Notes: generated from the sequence alone by a model not told the origin. DNA of 63,756 nucleotides, filler included, from Collodictyon triciliatum (GCA_043381765.1; 22 parts of 22 records of this genome joined end to end with filler, not necessarily neighbours in it); one strand, 5' to 3'; numbered from the whole stretch's first letter, positions 1 through 11,294 are shown. Program-made: numbers and translations.

Positions 1-2
1 TG

Positions 3-101
<99 letters not shown>
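1..101 (+). repeat. (TGACCT)n hexanucleotide microsatellite at contig end
   Basis: Perfect tandem TGACCT array read directly. Confidence 0.95.
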
Positions 102-187
102 AAGGTTGTGTGACTGTTTTGCTTACTAATTAAAATAATTGGTTTTATTTAATTCAGTTTTTTTAATGAAACAGCAAAATATAACTA

Positions 188-1399
188 CTATGTTTTAAAT
201 TTGACGGACCGATTATAATTTAAGTACTCTCCTCCCAATCCGTTCAGGGGAGGAAAAAAAAAAAGGAATTTCAAGAAAGAAGGCTTGAACGTCAAATAAA
301 CAAAATACAAGTAATCAAATAATTTAATATAAAAAAAACCTGAGGGTGCTTCATTAGTTGAATAAATGTATACTGCTCCGGTGGAACTATTCTCAGAATA
401 AACTCCTAGAATTTTAAATGATGGGGAAAATTTGGACGCCCTGATGTCTTGGGTGCTTACTGATTGGAGACTCCATTTGCTTGAATCTAAAGTGAAAATG
501 TAGCTTTGTGCCCCATTTATGCCAACCAAAACTTGGCTTCCATATAGAGCCACAGCATAGCCGAACATATCTTTCAAAGTTGGTGCAGAGGAACTTAGCT
601 TTTGGGTATATGTCCAATCTATAATCCCTAGAGTCCATATGTAAACGAAGCCGATGTTATAGGAAGGACATTGGGATGAACAACCGGGGGCGCCTACAGC
701 AACGTACGAACCAAATATGTCAACAGATCTACCAAATCGAGCATAATTGGCCGCATCTGGTGCAACAATCTTGGTGCTTTGTATCCATGCATTGAAGCCC
801 TTTGTAAATATATACGCGGCACCAGACTCTGTCAAAATCGCCGAGCTCCATGTGCATGAACCAATTACTGCATAAAAATCGGTAAGTCCTACAGAGCACC
901 CAAATCTCGCATATGAGGAGATATCGCTCGCAGTCACGATTTGAGACTGGGTCCAAATTGCTCCCCCCGAAGCGCGAGTAAAGAAGTAAGCCTTTCCTGC
1001 GTGCGATTTCGAAGAAGCGTAAGCCTCATACGCTCCTACAAGAGCTACATTATCAGTCATGGCAACCCCTGATCCAAAATAATCGTGTGATGCACCATCC
1101 GAAGGAGACACCTTTTGTTGAAAAATCCATGAAGAGCCAGAGCGAGAATACATGTAGCAGACACCGGTGTAATAGATCCCATTAGAGGCCCAGCTTGCAC
1201 CAACAATAGCGAATGTATCAGTGATAGCGGTCGACCATCCATAGTAGTCCAAGCTCACGCCATCAGAGGCTACCAGGCGAACTTGTAGCGTCCATGATTG
1301 AGCTGTTGACCCAGGGGCAAGGAACAAAATGAAGATGATTGTTGGTAGAATCCAAGCTAATATCGCTCCAGATAATCGCAAGGAACAATGTTCAGACAT
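188..1399 (-). CDS. Secreted FG-GAP repeat (integrin-alpha-like beta-propeller) protein; probably spliced near 340 and 3'-partial
   Basis: N-terminal hydrophobic signal-like segment, then repeats of the form ASDG..DY(Y/F)G.SVA...VGA...G.(A/V)Y(I/F)F, e.g. PSDGASHDYFGSGVA and APDAANYARFGRSVD. The ORF tail after SG reads as T-rich intron. Confidence 0.8.
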   Translation of the reverse strand: MSEHCSLRLSGAILAWILPTIIFILFLAPGSTAQSWTLQVRLVASDGVSLDYYGWSTAITDTFAIVGASWASNGIYYTGVCYMYSRSGSSWIFQQKVSPSDGASHDYFGSGVAMTDNVALVGAYEAYASSKSHAGKAYFFTRASGGAIWTQSQIVTASDISSYARFGCSVGLTDFYAVIGSCTWSSAILTESGAAYIFTKGFNAWIQSTKIVAPDAANYARFGRSVDIFGSYVAVGAPGCSSQCPSYNIGFVYIWTLGIIDWTYTQKLSSSAPTLKDMFGYAVALYGSQVLVGINGAQSYIFTLDSSKWSLQSVSTQDIRASKFSPSFKILGVYSENSSTGAVYIYSTNEAPSGFFYIKLFDYLYFVYLTFKPSFLKFLFFFPPLNGLGGEYLNYNRSVKFKT

Positions 1400-2748
1400 T
1401 ACTGATGATGTTCAATGTGTTGGAGGTGGACTGCTTCTCTTTTTTTAAAAAAAAATGAGCCGAATGTTATTCGATGAATGTAACATGATATACCAAAAGA
1501 CTAGAAAAGAAAGAGGGGGGAAAGGGGGAAAAGGAAAAAAAGAAAAAAAGAAAAAAGGGAAAAAGGGAAAAAGGGAAAAAAGGGAAAAAGGGAAAAAAAG
1601 AAAAAAAAGGAAAAAAGAAAAAAGAAAAAAGGGAAAAGGAAAAAAAGGAAAAAAAGGAAAAAAGAAAAAAAGAAAAAGGAAAAAGGAAAAAGGAAAAAGG
1701 AAAAAGGAAAAAGGAAAAAGGAAAAAGAAAAAGAAAAAGGGGAAAAAAGAAAAAAAGAAAAAGAAAAAAGAGCATATGAATAGGAATGAGAATGGGAATG
1801 TGAGGAGCCCCCGAGCAAAAGGGCTTCATTATCACAGACTATCGGGAGAGTGTTGATGCGAACAAAAAGAAAAAGGGGCGATCGGCTGGACTTTCGTCTG
1901 CCTGGGGTGCTTGACGTCCCAGATTATTCATAGTTGGTGGGCTTTCTAGCTTGATTCCAACATCTCACCAAGCAGACATTCACACTGCCAAAACGGTTCA
2001 CATTTACGTTGGCAGGTATGGCTGCATTGGACGGTAAGGAAAATCTTGACAATCCACAAAACTGATCTTTGTCGCGTTGCCACGGCTTTGCTTTCGTTTC
2101 CCACGCAAGAAAAGAAAAAAAGGGAAAAAAGAAGGGAAAAAAAAAGGGGAAATTCAAATGCAATAAACGTTTTTAAAATGCATATTTACATTAAAAAAAA
2201 TCTTATGTAGATGAACAGAACATTTTCCAAATCTTAACCTGTCAAATTTAATAGAAAAAGCAATATATAATATAAAATAGTATAAATGTGTCTATAATAT
2301 AACATTAGTAGGTACAATATGAGCTAAAATTATTATATATTATTAATTCCGCATTTATTAAATTTTTGTCTGTGAGGTAAATCAGGGAGTGTGCAGAAAA
2401 TAACCTGTTGCTCGGCTGGTGTGATCGGAAAAAAACATGTCCGGGGGAAGTAGAACTGCGATGAGGTTGTATAGAATGACGAGGTATTGTGCGATAATGC
2501 AAATGCGCATAGATAACACAGAGAAGGTACTAGAGAAGCAATAGCGTGATATACTCCCATCTCCATGGCCTCAGATATCTCTCTGAACGACTCAGTGGGG
2601 AGCGAAGTGTCTTTCAAGGTGACTTTTCCTTTTTTTAAAAAATGAAGACTTTGAAAGTTGTTCTTTTTTAACCACCATAAGTTGTTTTTGTTTTTTTTGA
2701 ATTCGTACCAACCTTGAAAAATATAAAAGGTTCGTCTTGGTTTTTTAT

Positions 2749-2808
<60 letters not shown>

Positions 2809-2908
2809 NNNNNNNNNNNNNNNNNNNNNNNNNNNNNNNNNNNNNNNNNNNNTTAATTAATTAANNNNNNNNNNNNNNNNNNNNNNNNNNNNNNNNNNNN
2901 NNNNNNNN
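2809..2908. other. Artificial contig spacer (first of 21): N44-TTAATTAATTAA-N44
   Basis: The same 100-nt block recurs about every 2.9 kb (e.g. 5717-5816, 8624-8723, 60861-60960). TTAATTAATTAA gives stops in all six frames. Contig lengths fall from 2808 to 2796 nt almost monotonically. Confidence 0.98.
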
Positions 2909-3024
2909 AATAAAATAGAATAAAATAGAATAAAATAGAATAAAATAGAATAAAATAGAATAAAATAGAATAAAATAGAATAAAATAGAATAAAATAGAA
3001 TAAAATAATGATAATAATTATAAA

Positions 3025-5634
3025 TTAACCTTCATCTATTTGGTCATGAATGGGTTCTCTTCTTTTCATCTCTTTACTTTGTGTGTGGATGACTTGTACA
3101 GAGCATGCCTTCACAATTTCTTTCAGGACCCTCAACAGCTGATGAAATTGACGGGATGAAGAATTCATGGTTGGGAGTAAAAGAAATATTGACTCCAGCA
3201 TTTCTTCCACGTATGGTAGAATAGAAGAACTTGAATGCCGCACAATCGCCAATATAATCTACCATTTTGCGCATTCAATCAACTGTTTTTTTTTTTAATT
3301 CTTTCAATTCACAATCAATTTAATGATAGTTTTGGAAAGGACTAACCACCATATCAAGAGTGTATATTCACTTATGAGAAACCAAATGAAGATAAACGAG
3401 CCAACAAATATATAAACAAGAAATGAAATAATCAGCTCGACAAAATATTACAAAACTTGATAAATTGAAAGGAATAATGAAAAAAAAATACAAATCTTGA
3501 TCACCTATTTGAAAAAAAAAACCTACATTGGCAATATTTGGATATAATGTAAAATACTTGAGTTCCTGACATATGGAATCGACTAAATAATCCGAATTCG
3601 AAGAGATAAGTTCAGGCAGATCCGAATATTTTGAAACTTTAGTCAAGATACAGAGAACCTCCAAGGAGACATCACTGATTGTTTTGTTCTGATGACCAAG
3701 ACACGAGAACAACGGAAACAAAATCCTCGTGAAAAACTTCTTTACCTCGATGCCTGTTATGCAGATAATATTTCTTAACCCCTCCAATGCAAGACATATT
3801 AAAACACACTTTTCATATTCTTCATTTGGAGTTGTCTGATCTATATTGCTGTCACTATTATAGTCACGCGCGATTATCTTGAGATATAAATCTAAAGCCA
3901 TGTCAAGGAGCTCTTCGGTGAGCAATACATTCTTGTCGACGGATATTTCCATAAATTGTTGACATAAATCAAAAGCCATATTATCCCCTAATATGCAGCC
4001 ACATGCTCCCAGAAGAATTTCGTTTAACATTGATGTGATTTGTATATGATACGAGTAAATTCGTGATTTTTCTTCAAATAAGCCTACCAGAAGGTCTATC
4101 AAAGGTAATCCATCCGAGAAAAATCCTACATACCTTGCCAGCCTCACCACTAATATCCTGGTTGAATCATCCCTGAAATGCTTGAAACTTTTTCTAAATG
4201 ACAAGGGCTGAATTCGAGCGTTCAATAAATTACTAATTTCACGGATATTTCGGCTTTGAATCAGGTTCGAGCTCAAATCATCGTCAATATGTTCCTTATA
4301 CGGCAACGGGACGTCTATATCTCGAAAATCAAGCACCTACAAATGGGCAGTAAATAAAATGTAAATAACAACAACAACAATTAAGCAACCAGATCAACAA
4401 ATAAACAATCATAATTTCATATCAAAACCAAATGTTCTCTTATCCTAAATGATTTTTAGTCAAATAAAGGATATCGAAATAGCAACAAACTTTGCTAGGA
4501 ATTTTCTCAATTTCAAACAATGTCATAAGAGGTTGAATCATTTTTGCTCCATAAATCGATAGACACCTAAGAATAAATATTTTGTGTACACCAAAAAAAT
4601 TTAATTGAATCCTAAAACCGTTTTATTCATTTATTCGATTCAAATGGCCAAGCCTAAAATTAAAATAAAAACTAAGTGGAATAAAATATTGAACAAAAAT
4701 TTCACATGATTTCCTATAAATTTCATTATAAATTATAGATGAATTATGACCGAGAGAAGGAGTGGCGACACAGAAGAGAGTAGCCACAGGCTAGCTTCAA
4801 ACTATAGCGGAGGTCACTTTCATTTTGTGATTGAACTATTCGAGGTATACTTAGAAAAGTTTTCGAAAGGCTCTGTCGCAAACTTTCATTCATGAGAGAT
4901 GATTCAGATTCGAAAGAGGATGTTTGGGAACATTCGAATCCAAGTACGGAAATAAACTCTGCAGAGATGTTTTGAATCTAAAAGAAAAATAATCACACCA
5001 ATTATCTTGAATTTGATTAGGTTTAAATCATTTCAATGCAAATTAAATTATGTTCGATGTTGATTTTGGTGATAAATTGAAAAATCCGTTAGTATACCTC
5101 TTGATTGTCATCATCCAAATGGGATAAAAGGAAATCAACCAACTCGGGCACTATTTCATTTAAAGTTTGGGTGCAGTCCTTTAAAATATTAATACAGAAT
5201 AGACAAAGAGATTGGATGACCTACAGGGAAAATCAACGGATCAAACAATAGAAACTAATTACTTTTTTTTTCAAACAGGGATTATTATCTCTCGGTTACA
5301 TTTTATCAACAAAACTAAGAAACTAAGAAACTAAGAAACTAAGAAACTAAGAAACTAAGAAACTAAGAAACTAAGAAACTAAGAAACAAAGAAACAAAGA
5401 AACAAAGAAACAAAGAAACAAAGAAACAAAGAAACAAAGAAACAAAGAAACAAAGAAACAAAGAAACAAAGAAACAAAGAAACAAAAAACGCACATCATA
5501 ATGCATGACAAGAAAATCATAAAGAGGATTACCACTTTCGAAGATGACATCCTATATTTTGCAAGAATGTTTGACAATAAGATTTTGACGTTCTTCGATG
5601 TTTTTTGAAACCAAGATTTCGTTCTGAGTTCCAT
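3025..5634 (-). CDS. TTI1: TELO2-interacting protein 1 (TTI1)-like HEAT-repeat protein, internal multi-exon fragment
   Basis: Segment FFTRILFPLFSCLG...SKYSDLPELISSNSDYLVDSICQELKY and the following LPYVEEMLESIF resemble the conserved middle region of TTI1. GT-AG introns interrupt the frames. Confidence 0.65.
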
Positions 5635-5816
5635 GAATGCCGATTTATCTACACATTTTTTTTTTGAATTTTCTGGTCAAGAAATGGAGATTTTGGGGCC
5701 CTCTTACATTAAATTANNNNNNNNNNNNNNNNNNNNNNNNNNNNNNNNNNNNNNNNNNNNTTAATTAATTAANNNNNNNNNNNNNNNNNNNNNNNNNNNN
5801 NNNNNNNNNNNNNNNN

Positions 5817-6134
5817 TCGTGTTGTTTCTTTATCTACTGCTTCTGCTTGCGCTTTTTTCTGGATTCTCTTTTGCATCTTATAGGCTTCTTGCTGTGTCAG
5901 GTACTTTACGACTTTGGCCATTTCAGATTTTAGTTCTATTAGCTCGTTTGATGGAGCTGTGGCTTTTTGGTAAGTTTTTATGGTCTGAGTAATCTCTTTG
6001 TTCTTTTTCTTGGCCTCGGTTGCCTTGGGCTGGATTTTGGCGAGGTGGGCTTTCTGCTTTTCAGATACGACGCGTTTAGCCTTGGGTTTTTTTTCTATGG
6101 TATCCATTTCGTTTTCGGAATCACTCATATCCAT
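5817..6134 (-). CDS. Small Lys-rich coiled-coil protein of a virus-like cassette (3'-truncated by contig end)
   Basis: Intronless ORF MDMSDSENEM...KKPKAKRVVSEKQKAHLAK..., divergent from the next ORF with only 28 nt between start codons. Confidence 0.65.
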
Positions 6135-6162
6135 CCAAAGAAAATAATTTCTGGGGTAAAAT

Positions 6163-6927
6163 ATGGAGAGAGCTTATTACATTCATGTCGATTCAGCAAA
6201 CAGAGAAAGCGGCAGTATATCAGACTTTAATTTTGCAACGACTCAAAACAGATACGTGGCAAGCAGTGCCAGGGTCGCACTTGAAAGTATTCAAATCCCC
6301 TACGCCGTGCACAATGTCACATCCGCCAACAATGAATTGGCTTTTCTTTGCAGTGTCAGTGGCAGCCCCGTTTCATACAATGTATCACTTGAAACTGGAT
6401 TATTAACAATTCAAGAAATAGTCAGTGACATTAGAACAAAGATGAATGCAGCAACCGCATCCCAGTCAGCCCAAGCAACAGTCACAGTTTCATTTTTAAA
6501 CGGGAAACAGAAAATAGCTATCAAGGGCGACGGTGCTAGTATATCATATCAACTGTTTGTGAATTCGTCGACGTGCCGGGACCTGATTGGACTGACGGCC
6601 AATCTCTCGTTCAATACGTCGTTTGTTGAGCTGCAGAATATGGTCAATGTCCGTCCGTTTGATTACGTGTATCTGGTCAGCCCCAATGTTCAGTCGTCAA
6701 GTTTTGCTAGTGGTATCGGCGGCAATGGCATCATCGCAAAAATACCGCTGAGTGTCGGGTCAAGGTACTCGAGTTACTTTGAGGTAAATGACAATATCTT
6801 GGAGAATCTGATGGACTGCAGTTATATTCCGTTCAGCTGGAATTTCAGATTGGTGGATAGACTGAGCAATACAATCAACCAGCTTCAGGACTATTCATTT
6901 ACATTGCGGATTATTCCAGATTTTTAA
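6163..6927 (+). CDS. Putative minor capsid (penton) protein of Polinton-like virus / virophage / NCLDV type, 254 aa
   Basis: N-terminal YIHVDSANRESGSISDF...VALESIQIPYAVHNVTSANNEL and C-terminal YVYLVS...IIAKIPL...FRLVDRLSNTINQLQDYSFTLRI fit the single-jelly-roll penton pattern of these viruses (IDS..R...DF; IP...NI...NN.L; IRL.D...D.SF.L.I). Complete, intronless ORF. Confidence 0.7.
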   Translation: MERAYYIHVDSANRESGSISDFNFATTQNRYVASSARVALESIQIPYAVHNVTSANNELAFLCSVSGSPVSYNVSLETGLLTIQEIVSDIRTKMNAATASQSAQATVTVSFLNGKQKIAIKGDGASISYQLFVNSSTCRDLIGLTANLSFNTSFVELQNMVNVRPFDYVYLVSPNVQSSSFASGIGGNGIIAKIPLSVGSRYSSYFEVNDNILENLMDCSYIPFSWNFRLVDRLSNTINQLQDYSFTLRIIPDF

Positions 6928-6941
6928 ATCTTGCCTAAGAT

Positions 6942-8623
6942 ATGGGTTTTTTCATTACAGAAGAAAAGGAACTACCGGAATTTTCCAATACAGACGCAAA
7001 CAAAGTACTCAAAGTAGATTCAAGTGGGGTATATTTACAGTGGCTGCAGGAGACGACGACGCCGGCAGAGCTGCCTAGCCAAGCGGGGAATCAGGGTCGC
7101 TTCTTGACGACGAACGGGTCAGTGCCGTCGTGGTCCGTGGTGAATCAAATACCTGGAGCGACTGCAGGGGTCAGTGGATATATACTTACAAACAACGGGT
7201 CAAGTGCCTCGTGGACCAATGGGCCTATAGGGTTGGCTACAGGTGCAACTGCTACTCCGATGCTTTGGTTTGGCGCATCAAACAATGGATTTGCTGAAGC
7301 TTGGACGGCCGGTGGAGGAGCTACGGGTGTCTCAGCTATTACAAATGGCGCAGTATGTTGTACATTTCAATCGGGTGCCATTCGACTGCCCGGGGGTAAT
7401 CCAATACGATCTAATGGAAATGCGGCAGCTAGATTTCAGTTTACCAGTGATGTACCAAATATGCAAAATTCTGTGACAGCCGGGACTGTTGGAACCGACC
7501 GTAGTGTAAGTGTAGTTTCAACTAATTGGGCTTCAAGTTCACTAGATTCGGTATGTTCCTACACACAAGACAATCCGGGCTCACTAGTAGCCAGTTCGAT
7601 GGCCTTGGAAATAAAAAACAATCAAATTCTTTTTACTGGAGCTGGAACAACTGCATCAGGCACTACTTTGCCAGCTCGTCAAACAAGGATGACTATTGAC
7701 AATTCTTTAACAACGACAAATACATGTCTAAGTGTTGCAAATGGATTGTCATTGAATTTTTCGTCGCAAGCATCTAATCGAACTATGACTCAAAATGAAA
7801 ATACTTTTCAGCGTATGAATTTTTCTAATAATGATGTCACATTTACACTTCCGGTATTAAATAATGGAACAATGTTTTATTTTAATCCGTTTGCTAACGC
7901 AGGGAGTACATTTGGCGCTTATTTACAAGGCGGAACAGGTGGCACCGGAGGAGTCCAAAATTTTGAGACTTACTTTAATGGAGTAAGGACCCAAATTAGC
8001 AACGCTGGGCAAACTGGCAATCCATCTACACCAGCCTTAGTTAGATTAGAAGCTGGTAGTATATATCAATGTATATTTATGGCAAGTCTGGGAAATTGGC
8101 ACATTATAAGACTGGGTATAACTCAACAGGTTAATTTTACAGGTGGTAGTGCTACAGTCCCGAGTATATCTTTTAACGATCCGCCAGGTGTTACTGGCAA
8201 TACAGCAAGTGGACTATATGGTGCAGATAATTCAGTGTCGATAAGTACAAATGGTACAGAAAGATTTACTGTAACTAATAATGGGGTTGCAAGTCAATCT
8301 CGTTTTATATCCAGTAGAGGTCTCGCAATTACTAACGGATATTCTTTTAATGGTACAGACATTGCAGGGCTATATGCGAGTTCTAGTGATAACACAATGC
8401 ATTTAGTTAGTAGTACTGTCCCTGTATTGTCAGTTTTAAATGTGGGCGGTGCTGGTGGCACTGGTGGGACTAGCACAGCGACGGTCAACGGAAATTTAAC
8501 AGTTACTGGAACAATATCAGGAAATATATCAACCCCTCAAGTAGCCAAAAAAACCGTGGTGATTGCATCTAATAGCAGTACAGCATACGTGTATGATTCA
8601 GGCAATACAGGACCCGCAACAAC
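6942..8623 (+). CDS. Viral fibre / tail-fibre-like protein (>560 aa, 3'-truncated)
   Basis: Rich in G/T/S/N. Three N-terminal repeats LP.....(G)..L..(N)G....W (ELPEFSNTDANKVLKVDSSGVYLQW; ELPSQAGNQGRFLTTNGSVPSW; QIPGATAGVSGYILTNNGSSASW). Also a GSATVPSISF...GLYG...SISTNGTERFTV motif typical of phage/virus fibre repeats. Starts 14 nt after the penton-like stop. Confidence 0.7.
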
Positions 8624-8902
8624 NNNNNNNNNNNNNNNNNNNNNNNNNNNNNNNNNNNNNNNNNNNNTTAATTAATTAANNNNNNNNNNNNNNNNNNNNN
8701 NNNNNNNNNNNNNNNNNNNNNNNTTTCTTTCTTTTTTCTTTCTTTTTTCTTTCTTTTTTCTTTCTTTTTTCTTTCTTTTTTCTTTCTTTTTTCTTTCTTT
8801 TTTCTTTCTTTTTTCTTTTTCTCTTTTTTCGTTTCTCTTTTTTCGTTTCTCTTTTTTCGTTTCTCTTTTTTCGTTTCTCTTTTTTCTTTAAAATTCATCC
8901 AG

Positions 8903-9861
8903 ACTCGGCTACACAAACGAGGATAACGTGATTCAATTGAAGGGGCGCGTTGCATGTGAAATCAATACGTCAGACGAGCTTTTAGTCACTGAGCTTATTT
9001 TCGGTAATCTATTCACCGATTTGACAGTGGAGCAAAGTGTTGCGCTTCTAAGTTGTACCATCTGGGAAGAAAAGGTAATATATTCTCGTAAAGTCGTTGT
9101 GTATGTATACGCATATTTTTTTTTCAAATCGCTGCAGCATTTGGTTTTAAAGAAAAAAATTATAGCAATTGAGATATTTTTACAGGCAATAAACATTTAT
9201 TGATCGATGCTGTGTTTGCACAATAGAATGAAGAAAAGCCTCAACTGGCGGCAGAACTGGCAACTCAACTTCGAAAAATGTCAGACACTGCAAAACGTAT
9301 TGCAAAGGTTTCTCAGGAAAGTAAATTGTCTCTTGATACCGAGCAATACCTGCAACGCATCAAACCCCAGCTCATGGATATCATCTACTCATGGTGTAAT
9401 GTAAGTGCTTGTAGACACATGTATTATTTAATTTTTATTCTGTATGATTAACATCGCACGAACGATTGTTGTCCAACCCTTAACCATCAATAAAATGATC
9501 AGGGTGCAAAATTTATTGATATCTGCAAAGGTACGAACGTCTTTGAAGGTTTGTGGCAGTGCGACAATTAAACCTTTTTTTAAATATATATATATAGGAA
9601 TAAAAATAACTATGAACTTCTATAACAAAACCCCCCGTTGCATAGTCAATAAATGTTGGTATCAGCTCATATCAATCATACAAACATGATCAACTTTTAA
9701 CAGGAAGCATCATTCGCTGCATGAGACGACTTGAGGAGCTTCTCCGGCAACTCGCGCAGGCGGCAAAAAACATAGGAAATCACGAATTGGAGGCAAAGTT
9801 TTCGGAAGGAATGACCAAACTGAAGAGGGACATTGTGTTTGCAGCGTCCCTTTACTTATAA
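8903..9861 (+). CDS. MTR4: MTR4 (SKIV2L2) exosome RNA helicase, last exons (DSHCT domain)
   Basis: VIQLKGRVACEINTSDELLVTELIFGNLF ... GAKFIDICKGTNVFE|GSIIRCMRRLEELLRQLAQAAKNIGNHELEAKFSEGMTKLKRDIVFAASLYL* assembled across GT-AG introns. Confidence 0.92.
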
Positions 9862-10115
9862 TTCCATATCTTCTATCTAATGACTCAACCAGAAATGCGG
9901 ACCGGCTAATCTCGACCCAACCCCATGAAAGCATAAATGAAAAATGTGCTTTCGTTCGTCCTCAGGGCCTATCATTTCTGCATCTCGTTCAAAGGGAAGA
10001 ATAAAAGATAATGCCAAATGAGGTTTTAAATCCCCGTTTTTTTTTCTTTATTGTATTTTGGTAGCTGAAATACAGGACAGAGATATTTGGCTTTACTTGC
10101 CTGATCTCGTTTCAG

Positions 10116-11294
10116 TCAGAATACCTCATCCTGTATCAAAGGAGCATTAAATATTTTCACAAGGAGTGCTGCTGCATCTGAAGCTTGCTGCTCTACACCA
10201 AATACCACTGGTAACTTCAAGGTTTTTATCGGATGTGCCGATGAGACTTTCAGTGTGACGGTGATTTTAAAGTCGACACTTTTTATCCTGGAAGAATATG
10301 CAGCAGAGCGATGGAGATTAACGCTTTGAATATCAGTCTTTGGAATCACAGCTGTGACTTTATTTCTCCATACTAGCATAATCTGATGTCGAGTGTTGAG
10401 TTAGTTTCGTTAGCATTGTGCATTCCTTTTACTCATTTAATCCTTCAATCTTTTTGAAATAGAGCAAGAAGAAAATGTGTGCAAATACAAATAAAATCAA
10501 ACTAAACAGGCAGCATACCTGTGATGAGTCAAATATGTACGTGGGGGATTTCTGCAACCGGAGCATAACCCAACATAGGTAAGACACTGGCAGAAGAGAC
10601 ACAACAACAAAAGCAGATATCGCGTATGCAAAAGGAGCATCCATCCCAAATACCACAATCAAAGCAACAAACATCCCCACAAGCGCCATGATGTAAACCG
10701 CTCGTCTGTAGAAAGTAGCCCATGCTCTATGAACAGAACTTGGTGAATAAAAAAAAATGAATAATATGTATGGAAGAAAGGAAGGATAGCCAGTCATTAT
10801 TCTGATGAAGAACACAAACAACCAACCCCTTCTTGCAAGCCACTGCAATATCCATACACTTACACTTCACATAGCCCTGACGTTCCTGTGAGCTTGAGAT
10901 GAAACCAACTGTACAGAAACTCTATGGATGCTAAGTTGGAGACCTTTCCGCTCAGGTTCTGCATTCGCATAGTATCTTCTGAATCGCTCATCACAACACT
11001 ACTCATGGATGGGGAGCTCACCCCGCTGCCGATGGAAAGAATCACGCTTGGTGGAGCTTGCTTGTACTGTAATGAAGATATTGCATCGACCAGTCGCTGG
11101 AGTGTTTCGCTGTCCCCATTAAAGAGTGGCGGTTGTAAGTCTGTTTCCTTTACTCTAACCAGTCGAGCACCTGTCATACCATCGAGTTGAAAATCGCGAA
11201 TGACAGACTCACTAAATCTTCTCTCGCGAAGCCACCCGGCCACATTCTCTTTGCTCCAATCGCCATGTGGAATGGTGAGATATGCTGTCTCCAT
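10116..11294 (-). CDS. SAM-domain membrane protein (N-terminal SAM, two hydrophobic helices, C-terminal globular part), multi-exon
   Basis: DWSKENVAGWLRERRFSESVIRDFQLDGMTGARLVRVKETDL matches the SAM consensus (W...V..WL...F....I.G..L..L...DL). Hydrophobic stretches occur at 10520-10740. Confidence 0.65.

Larger units (their letters stand above)
5817..8623. mobile_element. Fragment of a Polinton-like virus / virophage-like element (structural gene block)
   Basis: The whole contig is essentially coding, with no introns and no microsatellites, unlike the host contigs. It carries the penton-like and fibre-like genes. Confidence 0.62.

Noticed and set aside
1-101. (TGACCT)n as a telomeric repeat
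   Set aside because: No G-rich TTAGGG-like strand, and many other contigs also end in assorted SSRs, so it is best read as an ordinary microsatellite assembly break.
1455-1856. Lys-, Phe-, Leu- or Tyr-Ser-rich ORFs in the ORF track (also 11200-11952, 20349-20558, 34802-35128, 51883-52220, 60446-60916)
   Set aside because: These are translations of microsatellites and purine tracts that lack stops, often running into N spacers. No sign of real coding.
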